Origin: Bdellovibrio sp.
GTDB taxonomy: Bacteria; Myxococcota; SpSt-1050
Reading direction: 5' to 3'
DNA length: 64,000 nucleotides
Assembly: GCA_020725805.1 (NCBI GenBank)
Contig: DYEF01000065.1
Location: 40,349 to 104,348, forward strand
Shown here piece after piece: positions 19,879-29,276 of the stretch. Below the pieces are notes generated by a model. It was not told where the DNA came from. It was given only the letters and a program-made list of their open reading frames with translations, and made no database searches. Within the stretch, counting starts at the first letter, position 1. Every line of letters starts with the position of its first letter. Position numbers and translations under genes: made by a program.

Positions 19879-21575
19879 TTATTCTTGACGTTGATTCCTA
19901 TATCGAGAGAGAGACCGTCGCTCTCCGGAATAACATAAATAAACATATTATCGAGTCTACCCAGAAGTTCCCTTACAAGCATAAAAGAGAATTTATATAT
20001 TCCGGTCGAAGCAACAGAATCCAGACTCTTTTCATCGATACCATCAAGAATCTTCTTTAAGGGAGAAAATGAGACATACAGAATCTGGGAAGACGGGTTA
20101 TTTACAACAGAAAAGATATCCTGCGGAATCTTATACGAAGGCTTTTTGTTCTTATCTGCGGGCTTCCGGATGATATTCTCCGGTTTGTCTCCGGTATAAA
20201 ATGCGTAGAAATTACCTTCATCTGTATACCAGTATGAATTATATGCTGCACCAAAACGGGACGATGTAAGACTGATATCCATCACTTTAAGTCCCTCTAC
20301 CTGCTGTCCCTTCTCTTTCATACTGCCCGAAAACCTCTGGAGCAGTTCCTCCGAAGTCTTTGTATCTGTAAGACTCATAGAATAAAAGACATTGAAAAGC
20401 TTATTGAATGCCTCGCCCTTGAAACCACTTTCAATAGCCCTGTTTATATCAGCCTGACCTCCGGCGGCTACCGCATAAACGAGTGTCCCCTTTATCAGAG
20501 GGAGAATATCCTTTTCGACGTCTACCTCCATATACTTCAGCATAGGACCAAACATCTTTTTGTTTATAATCATCATCTGATACGGGTCTTCTTCCTTCAT
20601 AAGGCTGTACAGGGCTGAGAGATTAAGACTTACCTTTGCAAGCAAAAGCGGGTCTTCAGGTACAATATAGAGCAGTCTTTCAATCTCGTCTCCGGACGAC
20701 TTTACAAAATATCTGTTAACATTCTCCATCGATTTACTCGATAACCCTGTAAAGCTGTACAGACTGATTCCTTTGGCTGATATATCGAATGAAAGAAGCA
20801 TTCCGTTGAAATTCTCCTTTACCGACGCAATCATCTGCTTCATCTCGCGGTTGAGCATAAAGCCCGGAGTCTCGATATTCCTGCCGCTGTTAATGAAGAA
20901 ATAGGCCTGCCCGCTTTTTACCCTCTTTTTCAGACCTGAAAAGAGAGTACTCTTTGAGAGTGAATTTAATTCCTTTGTATCAACAATCTTTCTTATTGCA
21001 GCCTCAGCCTTATCGGGGATTCCGTAAATCACAAATCCCTTATAGAAGGCGTACATCAGAACCGGCTTCTCTCCTTTGGGTCCCTGTCTTATTGCCGTTA
21101 TTATTCTTGCATCCATATATGATTTGGTTTTGAATATCTCTGTCTTCTCCTTCTCCCTCGACAGGCGGTTTAATGTATTCTCTGCCTTTGAACGGTCGGA
21201 ATATGGCATAATGAGCAGATTTACATTCTGCTGTCTGCCCTCCACACTGACTGCTACGGAAATGACGGCAACCGAACCGTCAGGGTCAAAACCCGCCTCT
21301 GTTATACTCTTTTTGTCGAGAAGATTTATGCCGAGTTTCTGCGATGCCAGATCAATCTCCTTCTTCAATGCCTCGAAGGCAATCCCGTTTTCAAAAAGCC
21401 TGAAAAATTGCATAATACCACCCATCATCGAACTGACGGACGGAATCAGAAGTACATTCTGGGTATCCTGAGGTATTACGGCAGTTATCTCGGTCTTCTT
21501 CTTCTCGCAGCCGGAACAGGAGAATAAAAAAACCATTACGAAAATCAAAATCAGTCCCGAATATCTTTTATTCAT
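19875..21575 (-). CDS. lipoprotein, function unknown
   Basis: The internal Met gives MNKRYSGLILIFVMVFLFSCSGC (lipobox); the track ORF starts 12 codons upstream. It overlaps the ATPase gene by 4 nt. Confidence 0.55.
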   Translation of the reverse strand: MNKRYSGLILIFVMVFLFSCSGCEKKKTEITAVIPQDTQNVLLIPSVSSMMGGIMQFFRLFENGIAFEALKKEIDLASQKLGINLLDKKSITEAGFDPDGSVAVISVAVSVEGRQQNVNLLIMPYSDRSKAENTLNRLSREKEKTEIFKTKSYMDARIITAIRQGPKGEKPVLMYAFYKGFVIYGIPDKAEAAIRKIVDTKELNSLSKSTLFSGLKKRVKSGQAYFFINSGRNIETPGFMLNREMKQMIASVKENFNGMLLSFDISAKGISLYSFTGLSSKSMENVNRYFVKSSGDEIERLLYIVPEDPLLLAKVSLNLSALYSLMKEEDPYQMMIINKKMFGPMLKYMEVDVEKDILPLIKGTLVYAVAAGGQADINRAIESGFKGEAFNKLFNVFYSMSLTDTKTSEELLQRFSGSMKEKGQQVEGLKVMDISLTSSRFGAAYNSYWYTDEGNFYAFYTGDKPENIIRKPADKNKKPSYKIPQDIFSVVNNPSSQILYVSFSPLKKILDGIDEKSLDSVASTGIYKFSFMLVRELLGRLDNMFIYVIPESDGLSLDIGINVKNK

Positions 21576-21683
21576 AAACAGCACTCCGGTATAAAAACCT
21601 GATATTGCCATTTATACCAAAATTTTCCATTAATAAAGGAATTTCTGAATAATAATCGTCAAAGTTTATATAACAGAAAAATC

Positions 21684-22667
21684 TTATCCGGCACTGATTT
21701 TTCCTGATGCAATCTTCATTGCCTGCATTATCCTGATATTGTTTTCATAGTAAAAGCCGCCTTTACGATATGCCCAGTAACAGATATAATCAAACCCTCC
21801 GACCTTTTTCCTCCTGATATTTCCGATATCTATCAGATATTTGGTCTTTCTCAAATCTTCTTTGATTATGTTGCCAATCCTGTATCTTTCATCCTCGATG
21901 AATCTCCAGCAGGGATAAATATCACCATTTATGTCAACCGAAAATATTCTCTTACCCAGTTCACAGAACGGTTCTTTGTGAAAACTGACTTTTCCTTTTT
22001 TAATTCCTGATTCTATTATTCTGTCGAACAACGGGACAGAAAGAAGACCACCCGATTTTGTAATTTCAATATATCTGATCAAAGCTTCTGTAAGATAATC
22101 TGCAATGATTCCAGGACGAATCTTTGTCAATCCGGTATCCGAATAATCAAAGGCAATGCTCAGCTTCGAAAAACCATTTTTATAAAAAAAGGTAATCATA
22201 TCCGGAAGGAGAGAGAGATTCGACGAATTTACGGTAGTACGGATATCTGTTCTCTCCCTGCAATCAAATAAACGGTTCGAGTAATTCTTTTCCGAAATAT
22301 TAATATCCGCCGAAAGGATTATTCTGAAATCATTCTTTAACAGAAAATCACAGACCTCTCTGTCCAGAAGTTTCCCGTTGGTGTTAACGGAAAGACTGAA
22401 GCTGTATTTTCTGGTCTTTAAATAACTGACGGCATATTGCATCAGGTCAAAATCCAGAAGCGGCTCCTTGCCGAAAAATCCGAGTTCAGGTATTCTTTTC
22501 TGTCTCCTGCTAATTACAGCTATCCGGTCAATTATGTCTCTGAGGACATCTCTATTTATACGGCTACCGTCGTTAAGGTTTTTAAGATAACAGTAACCAC
22601 AATTCAGATTACATCTGTGATTTATAAATAATGCCCAGATGATTTTATCTTTTTTTCTCTTTTTCAA
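21684..22667 (-). CDS. radical SAM protein with a C-terminal Cys-containing (twitch/SPASM-like) region
   Basis: N-terminal CNLNCGYC (CxxxCxxC) and a C-terminal FCELG...INGDIYPCW resembling a partial auxiliary-cluster domain. 327 aa. It overlaps the upstream FAD oxidoreductase gene by 23 nt. Confidence 0.7.
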   Translation of the reverse strand: MKKRKKDKIIWALFINHRCNLNCGYCYLKNLNDGSRINRDVLRDIIDRIAVISRRQKRIPELGFFGKEPLLDFDLMQYAVSYLKTRKYSFSLSVNTNGKLLDREVCDFLLKNDFRIILSADINISEKNYSNRLFDCRERTDIRTTVNSSNLSLLPDMITFFYKNGFSKLSIAFDYSDTGLTKIRPGIIADYLTEALIRYIEITKSGGLLSVPLFDRIIESGIKKGKVSFHKEPFCELGKRIFSVDINGDIYPCWRFIEDERYRIGNIIKEDLRKTKYLIDIGNIRRKKVGGFDYICYWAYRKGGFYYENNIRIMQAMKIASGKISAG

Positions 22668-23970
22668 CTCTTTTTCTTCTCAGGATATCCGCTGCGGTAT
22701 CCCTGCCATAAATAATCGCATCCTGCATAGCAGAATATTCCCACCTTCCATACCTGCCTATACTGTAAACTTTATTCTTTGCCAGATATTCGAATATCAG
22801 AGATGTCGACTTTCTGTAATTTCTGTCGAATATGACATAGGCACAGTTTATAAAAAACGGCTTGATATTTATTATATCTGCATCCTCCCGTATGAAACCA
22901 AGTCTTTTCAGAAGATGCGGAATTCTCCTCTCCAGATTCCCCGAGTCACATCCCGTACCGCTTCTGTATGAATATTCGAGATAGAAGGTGTTACAGTCAT
23001 CCTTTGTCAGTGACCTGTCGAATGCGGAATATGACCCGATACGGTAAAACGGTATATCCTTCTCGGGGAGATAAACCCAGTGCGGGATATTATCCGAGAC
23101 CCTTCTGGTGATTATGTTGAAATAGCAGACTTCGGTATTGACCAGTTTTTTACCTGCATCAAGGACATTACCGGGTGCATCTTCTATAAGGCTTACAAAT
23201 CTGTTCAGCGGGATTGTGGAGACGAGATATTTATATCTGTAAACAGTATTGTTGGAAAGATATACGAGCTGCTTTTTGATATTTATTCTGACAGGTTCTG
23301 TCTTATAAATGACTTCCGATGGTATCTTTCTCAAGAAACCCCTGATAATCGATTCTATTCCCTCCCTCTGCGGGTAATAAAAGGACGAGTTATATCCCAC
23401 ATCCGTTTTCGGAATACCGAGAGCCCCGTCGATAACATCCTCAATGTTCGGGACCGGGATATATTTTTCACAAAACCCCGCCGACATCTCTTCCGGGGCA
23501 ACCGTCCAGATCTTCGAATTGTACGGAATCAGGAACTCATCCGCAATACCCTCACCGAATTCGCCATAGATAAAATCCCTGAAACTTTTATATTTCTTCC
23601 ATTTTTTATTCATCCTTGCACGGATAAAATCCCTGAGGCAGCGGGCGACTATCTCTCTGGGCAATCCGTAAAGATTTATCTGAAAAGGATATTCGGTAAA
23701 TGTACTATGTGAGAATATCTTTGAATTTCTTCTGATTTTCAGAAGAGGCACATTAAGTTCATTTTCGATTACTTTTCTAAGTTCATCTGTCCTCAGATGC
23801 ATCAGATGACCGGTCTTGTCGAAATACGAATTATCATAGTAATCTGTCTTCATAAGTCCGCCGGCACGTTCATCCTTCTCAACGATAACAACCCCAGGGG
23901 AGCACAGAAAATAGGCCGTTGAAAGTCCCGACGGTCCCGCTCCGAGAATAATTATATCTGTTTCAAGCAT
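22645..23970 (-). CDS. FAD/NAD(P)-binding oxidoreductase (amine-oxidase / UDP-galactopyranose-mutase-like fold)
   Basis: N-terminal dinucleotide-binding motif IIILGAGPSGLSTAY..VEKDERAGG and a C-terminal GRYGRWEY..MQDAI typical of this fold. 441 aa. Confidence 0.65.
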   Translation of the reverse strand: MLETDIIILGAGPSGLSTAYFLCSPGVVIVEKDERAGGLMKTDYYDNSYFDKTGHLMHLRTDELRKVIENELNVPLLKIRRNSKIFSHSTFTEYPFQINLYGLPREIVARCLRDFIRARMNKKWKKYKSFRDFIYGEFGEGIADEFLIPYNSKIWTVAPEEMSAGFCEKYIPVPNIEDVIDGALGIPKTDVGYNSSFYYPQREGIESIIRGFLRKIPSEVIYKTEPVRINIKKQLVYLSNNTVYRYKYLVSTIPLNRFVSLIEDAPGNVLDAGKKLVNTEVCYFNIITRRVSDNIPHWVYLPEKDIPFYRIGSYSAFDRSLTKDDCNTFYLEYSYRSGTGCDSGNLERRIPHLLKRLGFIREDADIINIKPFFINCAYVIFDRNYRKSTSLIFEYLAKNKVYSIGRYGRWEYSAMQDAIIYGRDTAADILRRKRVEKEKKR

Positions 23971-23973
23971 TTT

Positions 23974-25278
23974 CTATCTCTCGTTAAGCATTTTGTTGGT
24001 TCTGGCAAGACGTCTTGACAATTCTGATGCAAACATCCTGAAAATCTTGCCTGCAAACTGCATATCGGAATCAAGCATATCCATAAACTTATTACGGTTG
24101 ATTATATATACCTTTACCTGTGAATGGGCGATACAGCTGGCAGAGGGCGGTTCATTCAGAATCATACTCATTTCACCGATGTAGTCTCCGTCTTTGAGAG
24201 ATGCAACCGTATTCTCTCCTACCACGACATCCACAATCCCTTCCCTTATAACAAAGAGACCTTCGGGTATAACGCCGCTCTTTATAAGGATTTCTCCGGG
24301 CTTAAATACCTTTTCTGTGCACATCGAATAGACCATCTTGAGTTCATTCATATTCAGCATATCAAAGATCGGAATTTTACGGATCTTGTCTGCATCCATC
24401 ATAACAGACGTATAACTCCCCTCCTCCTCGACAAACTGCGAGAGTTCCGGAAGTTTTATTCCGCCCTCAATAAATGCAAGCCTGTCCTGTACGTCCCTGT
24501 AATCAGGAGAAATGCTCTGGATAATCTTGAAAAGTTTGATTGCATGGTCCTTATAATTGAGTTCTGTCGCAAGGACTCCGGCTCTGTAAAACATCTCGAG
24601 GCTTCTGGGACTGATTCCACCCATTTTGCAGCCCTCTATCAGAAATTTTAAGGCCATAGCGGAATTACCCTTCTGGACGAGCAGATTTGCAAGTTTTATT
24701 CTTGCATCGGGAAACTTCTCATCATTTGGCGGCACCTTCCTCAGCATCTCGATAGCATCTGCGCTCATATTGCTGCCAATCGCCTGCTCAGCTGCATCAG
24801 TAAATTTGCCCGTTGCCTTCTCACAGGCTATAACCTTCTCTGTATTTCCTGTCTTCCGGTATAGTTCGATAGCCCTGTCATACTGTTTTGCCCTCTCGTA
24901 ATTCTGTGCGGCATTATCGAGCATATTGAGTTTTTCGTACATCTGTGCCGCCTTGTCAAATTCATAATTTTTTTCATAAAGTCTGGCAACCTCTTCGAAA
25001 TTCTGAGTCAGTGTAAAACACTTGATTGCCATATTATAATCCCGGGCCTGCTTGAACATCTCCCCGACAGTGCGAAGCGTTACCTTGCTCGAACTCTTGA
25101 ACTCATTGAAGACCAGCTCACCTATATCCTCCTTACAGGACTGATATGCACTCACCGCCTCTTCGACATTGCCGGAAATTATATAGTTTTTAATGTAATT
25201 GATAATCTTCGAGGTGGGGACAAAAGAACCCTGAGATTCATCAAACTCAAATTCGATCTCCCTGAACATCTGAGACAT
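23974..25278 (-). CDS. TPR-repeat protein with a C-terminal cyclic-nucleotide-binding (CAP-effector) domain
   Basis: Repeated A/Y/L-rich ~34-aa TPR-like units (YERAKQYDRAIELYRK...). The C-terminal cNMP-binding signature is FKPGEILIKSGVIPEGLFVIREG...GEMSMI. Confidence 0.7.
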   Translation of the reverse strand: MSQMFREIEFEFDESQGSFVPTSKIINYIKNYIISGNVEEAVSAYQSCKEDIGELVFNEFKSSSKVTLRTVGEMFKQARDYNMAIKCFTLTQNFEEVARLYEKNYEFDKAAQMYEKLNMLDNAAQNYERAKQYDRAIELYRKTGNTEKVIACEKATGKFTDAAEQAIGSNMSADAIEMLRKVPPNDEKFPDARIKLANLLVQKGNSAMALKFLIEGCKMGGISPRSLEMFYRAGVLATELNYKDHAIKLFKIIQSISPDYRDVQDRLAFIEGGIKLPELSQFVEEEGSYTSVMMDADKIRKIPIFDMLNMNELKMVYSMCTEKVFKPGEILIKSGVIPEGLFVIREGIVDVVVGENTVASLKDGDYIGEMSMILNEPPSASCIAHSQVKVYIINRNKFMDMLDSDMQFAGKIFRMFASELSRRLARTNKMLNER

Positions 25279-25293
25279 ATTACCTCCGATTTT

Positions 25294-26064
25294 TTACTTG
25301 GGCCTGCCAAAAGGTGCAATATAAGCATAGCCGTCCTGATAACTGATCTTTACCGCTCCCGGCTCATATAAGTTCATAAAACTCGGGCCGTATTCAATCA
25401 CATTCGGGATTATCTGATTGATAATAAGTATAAATCTCTGACCGTTTTTCAGCCTTATAAGATGAAGTTCCTTATACTGATTGCTTCCTTTAATCTCAGC
25501 TACATCCGAAAGGAATTTCTCCTTGTCAAACCATCCTGCATCCTGATTTTTAAGCAGTATCTCAGAATCCCTAAGTATATTCATAACGGCACTGTAATTA
25601 TCGATCTCCTCAGGAAATCTGAATTCTATCCCTCTCTTCTTCAGGTCAGATGATATCTCAGATTTCTGTTCCTTTGACAGCATAAAAAACTGAGCCGAAT
25701 CTATAATTCTGTAAACAAATCTGCGGCTATTCTCCTGTATATAATCCTGAGGGTCAATAGTGTAGACCGCTTCTATGCAGCTGTTTTCCACAAAAGGTAT
25801 ATATCTGACTTCCATCTTCTCTGGAAATATCAGATACCTGTTGCTGCCATCTTCCCTGAGCTTACCTATACCGTAAGAAGTTCTGCACAGACTTGCCTCC
25901 GTAACGGAGACAATTTTGCTCTGCGCTTTTGGTTCATCGTCTTTCCTGTTTATATCCCTTTCAGGAATGATTCTGTCCGGTTTGACAGTGGCAGGCACAG
26001 AGTCTGCGCTTTTTCTTATAAAAAATGACTTAATCTTTTCTAAAATTTTCATAATATCCGGCAC
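25294..26064 (-). CDS. hypothetical protein
   Basis: 256-aa ORF with no motif I recognise. It sits 15 nt upstream of the TPR/cNMP gene on the same strand. Confidence 0.45.
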   Translation of the reverse strand: MPDIMKILEKIKSFFIRKSADSVPATVKPDRIIPERDINRKDDEPKAQSKIVSVTEASLCRTSYGIGKLREDGSNRYLIFPEKMEVRYIPFVENSCIEAVYTIDPQDYIQENSRRFVYRIIDSAQFFMLSKEQKSEISSDLKKRGIEFRFPEEIDNYSAVMNILRDSEILLKNQDAGWFDKEKFLSDVAEIKGSNQYKELHLIRLKNGQRFILIINQIIPNVIEYGPSFMNLYEPGAVKISYQDGYAYIAPFGRPK

Positions 26065-26183
26065 ATCAAAGTATTGCTGATATTATACCAAAAGAAGATT
26101 TTTTCAAGCACGATTTTATTAAATCATGGATATTTCAGATATTACAATACCGGGGTCAATACAAACGCAGTTCAAATTATTGT

Positions 26184-26218
26184 TTGACATATCCTAATTA
26201 TGGATTTATCAATATACC
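26184..26218 (+). promoter_or_regulatory. candidate sigma70-type promoter for the inositol-phosphate synthase gene
   Basis: TTGACA, then a 17-nt spacer, then TATCAA, about 25 nt upstream of the ATG at 26244, which has an AAAGGAGAG RBS. Confidence 0.25.
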
Positions 26219-26243
26219 GCTTTAAGCTGAAAGGAGAGCTGAG

Positions 26244-27587
26244 ATGAATAAAAAAGAAAAGAACAGGATAGAGATTGCGAAACCCGAAGGGAAGCTCGGA
26301 GTACTGATTCCCGGACTCGGTGCAGTTGCAACCACATTCGTGGCAGGTGTCTATCTCGTCAGAAAAGGACTCGGCAAGCCCATTGGTTCACTCACCCAGA
26401 TGGGGACAATAAGGCTTGGCAGAAGAGACAAAAAGCAGTTTCCGCTGATAAAGGATGTCGTCCCGCTCGCAGATCTTGACGACATAGTATTCGGAGGGTG
26501 GGATATATTTGAAGAGAATGCGTATGAGGTCGCAAAGAAGGCCGGCGTTCTCTCCTATCAGGATATAGAACCGGTAGAGAAAGAGCTCAAGGAACTAAAG
26601 CCGATGAAGGCGGTCTTCGACCGTAATTATGTCAAGAAGCTCGACGGACCCAACAAGAAGAGTGCAAAGACCAAATATGACCTCGCACTCATGCTGATAA
26701 AGGACATAGAGGATTTCAAAAAAAAGAATAAGCTTTCAAGAGCCGTTACAATATGGTGTGCATCGACGGAGGTATACAGGAAACCATCGAAGGTACACTC
26801 AAGTCTTAAAAATTTCGAAGAAGGACTTAAAAAGAATTCCGAGGAGATTGCACCATCCCAGATTTACGCATATGCATCACTTATGGCCGGTGTCCCTTTC
26901 ATAAACGGCTCACCGAATATGGCCTGTGATATCAATGCAATCACAGAACTCGCAATACAAAAGCATCTTCCCATAGCAGGAAAGGATTTCAAGACAGGGC
27001 AGACACTTATGAAGACCATTCTTGCGCCGGGACTCAAAGCCAGACTTCTGGGACTCGACGGCTGGTTCTCTACCAATATCCTTGGGAACAGGGACGGCGA
27101 GGTTCTGGATGACCCCGGGTCGTTTAAGAGCAAGGAGGTCTCGAAATTATCAGTTCTGGATACAATCCTCCAGCCCGACCTCTATCCGGAACTATACGGC
27201 GATTTTACACACAAAGTAAGAATCGAATATTACCCTCCCAGAGGGGACAATAAAGAAGGCTGGGACAACATAGATATATTCGGATGGCTCGGCTATCCAA
27301 TGCAGATAAAGGTAAACTTTTTGTGCAGGGATTCGATACTCGCTGCTCCGGTTGTTCTCGACCTCGTGCTCTTCACCGACCTTGCACAGAGAGCAAATAT
27401 GGCAGGGATTCAGGAGTGGTTGTCGTTCTACTTCAAGTCCCCACAGGTAAAAGAGGGCTTATATCCGGAACATGACCTCTTCATTCAGCAGATGAAACTC
27501 AAAAACACCCTCAGATATATGATAGGAGAGGACCTTATAACCCATCTGGGCTGGGATTATTACAAGGCGGAATACGAGAGAGACTGA
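26244..27587 (+). CDS. myo-inositol-1-phosphate synthase (inositol-3-phosphate synthase), archaeal/bacterial type
   Basis: Collinear with the Archaeoglobus-type MIPS as I recall it: GLGAVATT (NAD site) and YAYASLMAGVPFINGSPN...AGKDFKTGQTLMKTILAP...LGLDGWFSTNILGNRDG...FKSPQ. Confidence 0.85.
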   Translation: MNKKEKNRIEIAKPEGKLGVLIPGLGAVATTFVAGVYLVRKGLGKPIGSLTQMGTIRLGRRDKKQFPLIKDVVPLADLDDIVFGGWDIFEENAYEVAKKAGVLSYQDIEPVEKELKELKPMKAVFDRNYVKKLDGPNKKSAKTKYDLALMLIKDIEDFKKKNKLSRAVTIWCASTEVYRKPSKVHSSLKNFEEGLKKNSEEIAPSQIYAYASLMAGVPFINGSPNMACDINAITELAIQKHLPIAGKDFKTGQTLMKTILAPGLKARLLGLDGWFSTNILGNRDGEVLDDPGSFKSKEVSKLSVLDTILQPDLYPELYGDFTHKVRIEYYPPRGDNKEGWDNIDIFGWLGYPMQIKVNFLCRDSILAAPVVLDLVLFTDLAQRANMAGIQEWLSFYFKSPQVKEGLYPEHDLFIQQMKLKNTLRYMIGEDLITHLGWDYYKAEYERD

Positions 27588-27663
27588 ATCCTTAGGCTAT
27601 AAAATCAGGTGTTTTATGCAAATTTCTTGATTTTGCCCTCAATATCTGTTAGATATAAAACCT

Positions 27664-28059
27664 ATGGGAGATACGAAGACACCATCAACCACGACCAACA
27701 GGAGAAGGTACCCGAGAGTACCCCTCTCACTTCTGGTTCAGTACAAATTCAATTCACTTGAGGAATTCATATCCGAGTATGCCCTCAACATCTCACTGGG
27801 CGGTATGTTTATCAAGACTACCGAACCAAGGGAGAAAGGTATACTCGTCTATTTCCAGTTTACGCTCGCCGACGGGAGCAAGCTGATCGAAGGGCTCGGT
27901 CGGGTAGTCTGGGTCAATCAGGTGGACATAAACAATGCCGACAAGGTTCCCGGAATGGGTATTGAATTCATCAATATGGATGACGAGTCAATGCAGCTCA
28001 TCGAAGAAATCGTAAACAATAATCTCAAAAGAGGAAATGTCATTCCGGAAACACCCTGA
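27664..28059 (+). CDS. stand-alone PilZ domain protein (putative c-di-GMP receptor)
   Basis: RRYPR (RxxxR) followed by NISLGGMF (D/N-x-S-x-x-G), the two PilZ c-di-GMP-binding motifs. 131 aa. Confidence 0.7.
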   Translation: MGDTKTPSTTTNRRRYPRVPLSLLVQYKFNSLEEFISEYALNISLGGMFIKTTEPREKGILVYFQFTLADGSKLIEGLGRVVWVNQVDINNADKVPGMGIEFINMDDESMQLIEEIVNNNLKRGNVIPETP

Positions 28060-28062
28060 TAG

Positions 28063-28779
28063 ATGTACAATTACAGAGAGAATCTTCAGATAATAGGAGG
28101 CAGATTCACCGGGGGTGTAAAATACCTCATTATCATCACTGCGGCTATCTATGTTGTCCAGTTAATTTCTAAATATTTTGACCTCTCGAGCCTGATTATT
28201 CTCATATTTGGTCTGACGCCTGCTCTTCTCATTCAGAATCTGTATATTCATCAGATTTTTACGTATTTGTTCCTCCACTCACCCGCCGACCCGACGCATC
28301 TTCTCTTTAATATGCTCGGACTCTGGATGTTCGGCTCACCGCTCGAAGAGAGATGGGGGACAAGGATATTTCTCAGGTTCTATTTTATATGCGGAATCGT
28401 CGGAGGTTTATTCGTCCTTCTGAGCGGGCTTATCTTTTCTTCGGCCTATAATATCCCGACAATCGGACAATCAGGTGCCGTCTTCGGACTGATAGGTGCA
28501 TTCTGTATTATTTACTCCGAGAGCAGGATTCTCTTCTATTTTATAATCCCAATCAAGGCAAAACAGATGCTCTGGATAATAATATTCATTTCGGTACTCT
28601 ATGCCCTCGCAGGTTCTCCCTACTCTTTTCCGGCCCACATTGGCGGTCTTCTTTGCGGAATATTAATAATAAAAAAACTTTACATACCGTCTGTTATGAT
28701 ATCTACTCTCAAGGAGTTCATCAAAGGCCTGAGACGTAAAAGGCTCAGAGTGATAGAGAAAGACAGGTTTGTTAATTGA
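28063..28779 (+). CDS. rhomboid family intramembrane serine protease
   Basis: Multi-TM protein with the catalytic GQSGAVFGLIGA (GxSG) and the downstream AHIGGLLCG His-containing helix. It starts 3 nt after the PilZ gene stop. Confidence 0.8.
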   Translation: MYNYRENLQIIGGRFTGGVKYLIIITAAIYVVQLISKYFDLSSLIILIFGLTPALLIQNLYIHQIFTYLFLHSPADPTHLLFNMLGLWMFGSPLEERWGTRIFLRFYFICGIVGGLFVLLSGLIFSSAYNIPTIGQSGAVFGLIGAFCIIYSESRILFYFIIPIKAKQMLWIIIFISVLYALAGSPYSFPAHIGGLLCGILIIKKLYIPSVMISTLKEFIKGLRRKRLRVIEKDRFVN

Positions 28780-29276
28780 TAAGATTCAAGCAGTTCGACA
28801 TAGTTGCAATAGTATTAATAAGCTGTACACCTCTTTTACTTCTGGAGACATTCGGAGTAACAAAGGGTATGTATAAAATCTGGCCAATCTTCCCCTTTGT
28901 CTTCGGACTTGGCTCCGTACTGGTTGCATTAAGACCGGAAAACCGTTTCCCGCTTATGACAGGGATAGGCTCTTTTCTGATACTGTGCTCCCTCTTCTTC
29001 TTCTATCTCAATCTGACCTCGTGGTCTGAACTTGCCACTCTCTGGCCGGTCTTCGTAATTCTTCTGGGATTATCACTGATCATCAGTTCATATATAAACA
29101 AATCCAACATTGTCAGGGTTTCAGGCATAGGGACATCACTTCTCGGGATATCATTCACATTTATCTTTACAATCTCCTACTCTTTCTGGCCTCTGTCTAT
29201 TGCCCTTGCCGGAATACTCATCCTGATAATAAACCATTACCCCATAAAGAGGGGTAGAAAGGAAGAGAACCAATGA
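28776..29276 (+). CDS. small polytopic membrane protein, function unknown
   Basis: 166 aa with four or five hydrophobic helices. The TTG start overlaps the rhomboid stop (an alternative ATG is at 28869), and its own stop overlaps the next start (ATGA). Confidence 0.5.
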   Translation: MIRFKQFDIVAIVLISCTPLLLLETFGVTKGMYKIWPIFPFVFGLGSVLVALRPENRFPLMTGIGSFLILCSLFFFYLNLTSWSELATLWPVFVILLGLSLIISSYINKSNIVRVSGIGTSLLGISFTFIFTISYSFWPLSIALAGILILIINHYPIKRGRKEENQ

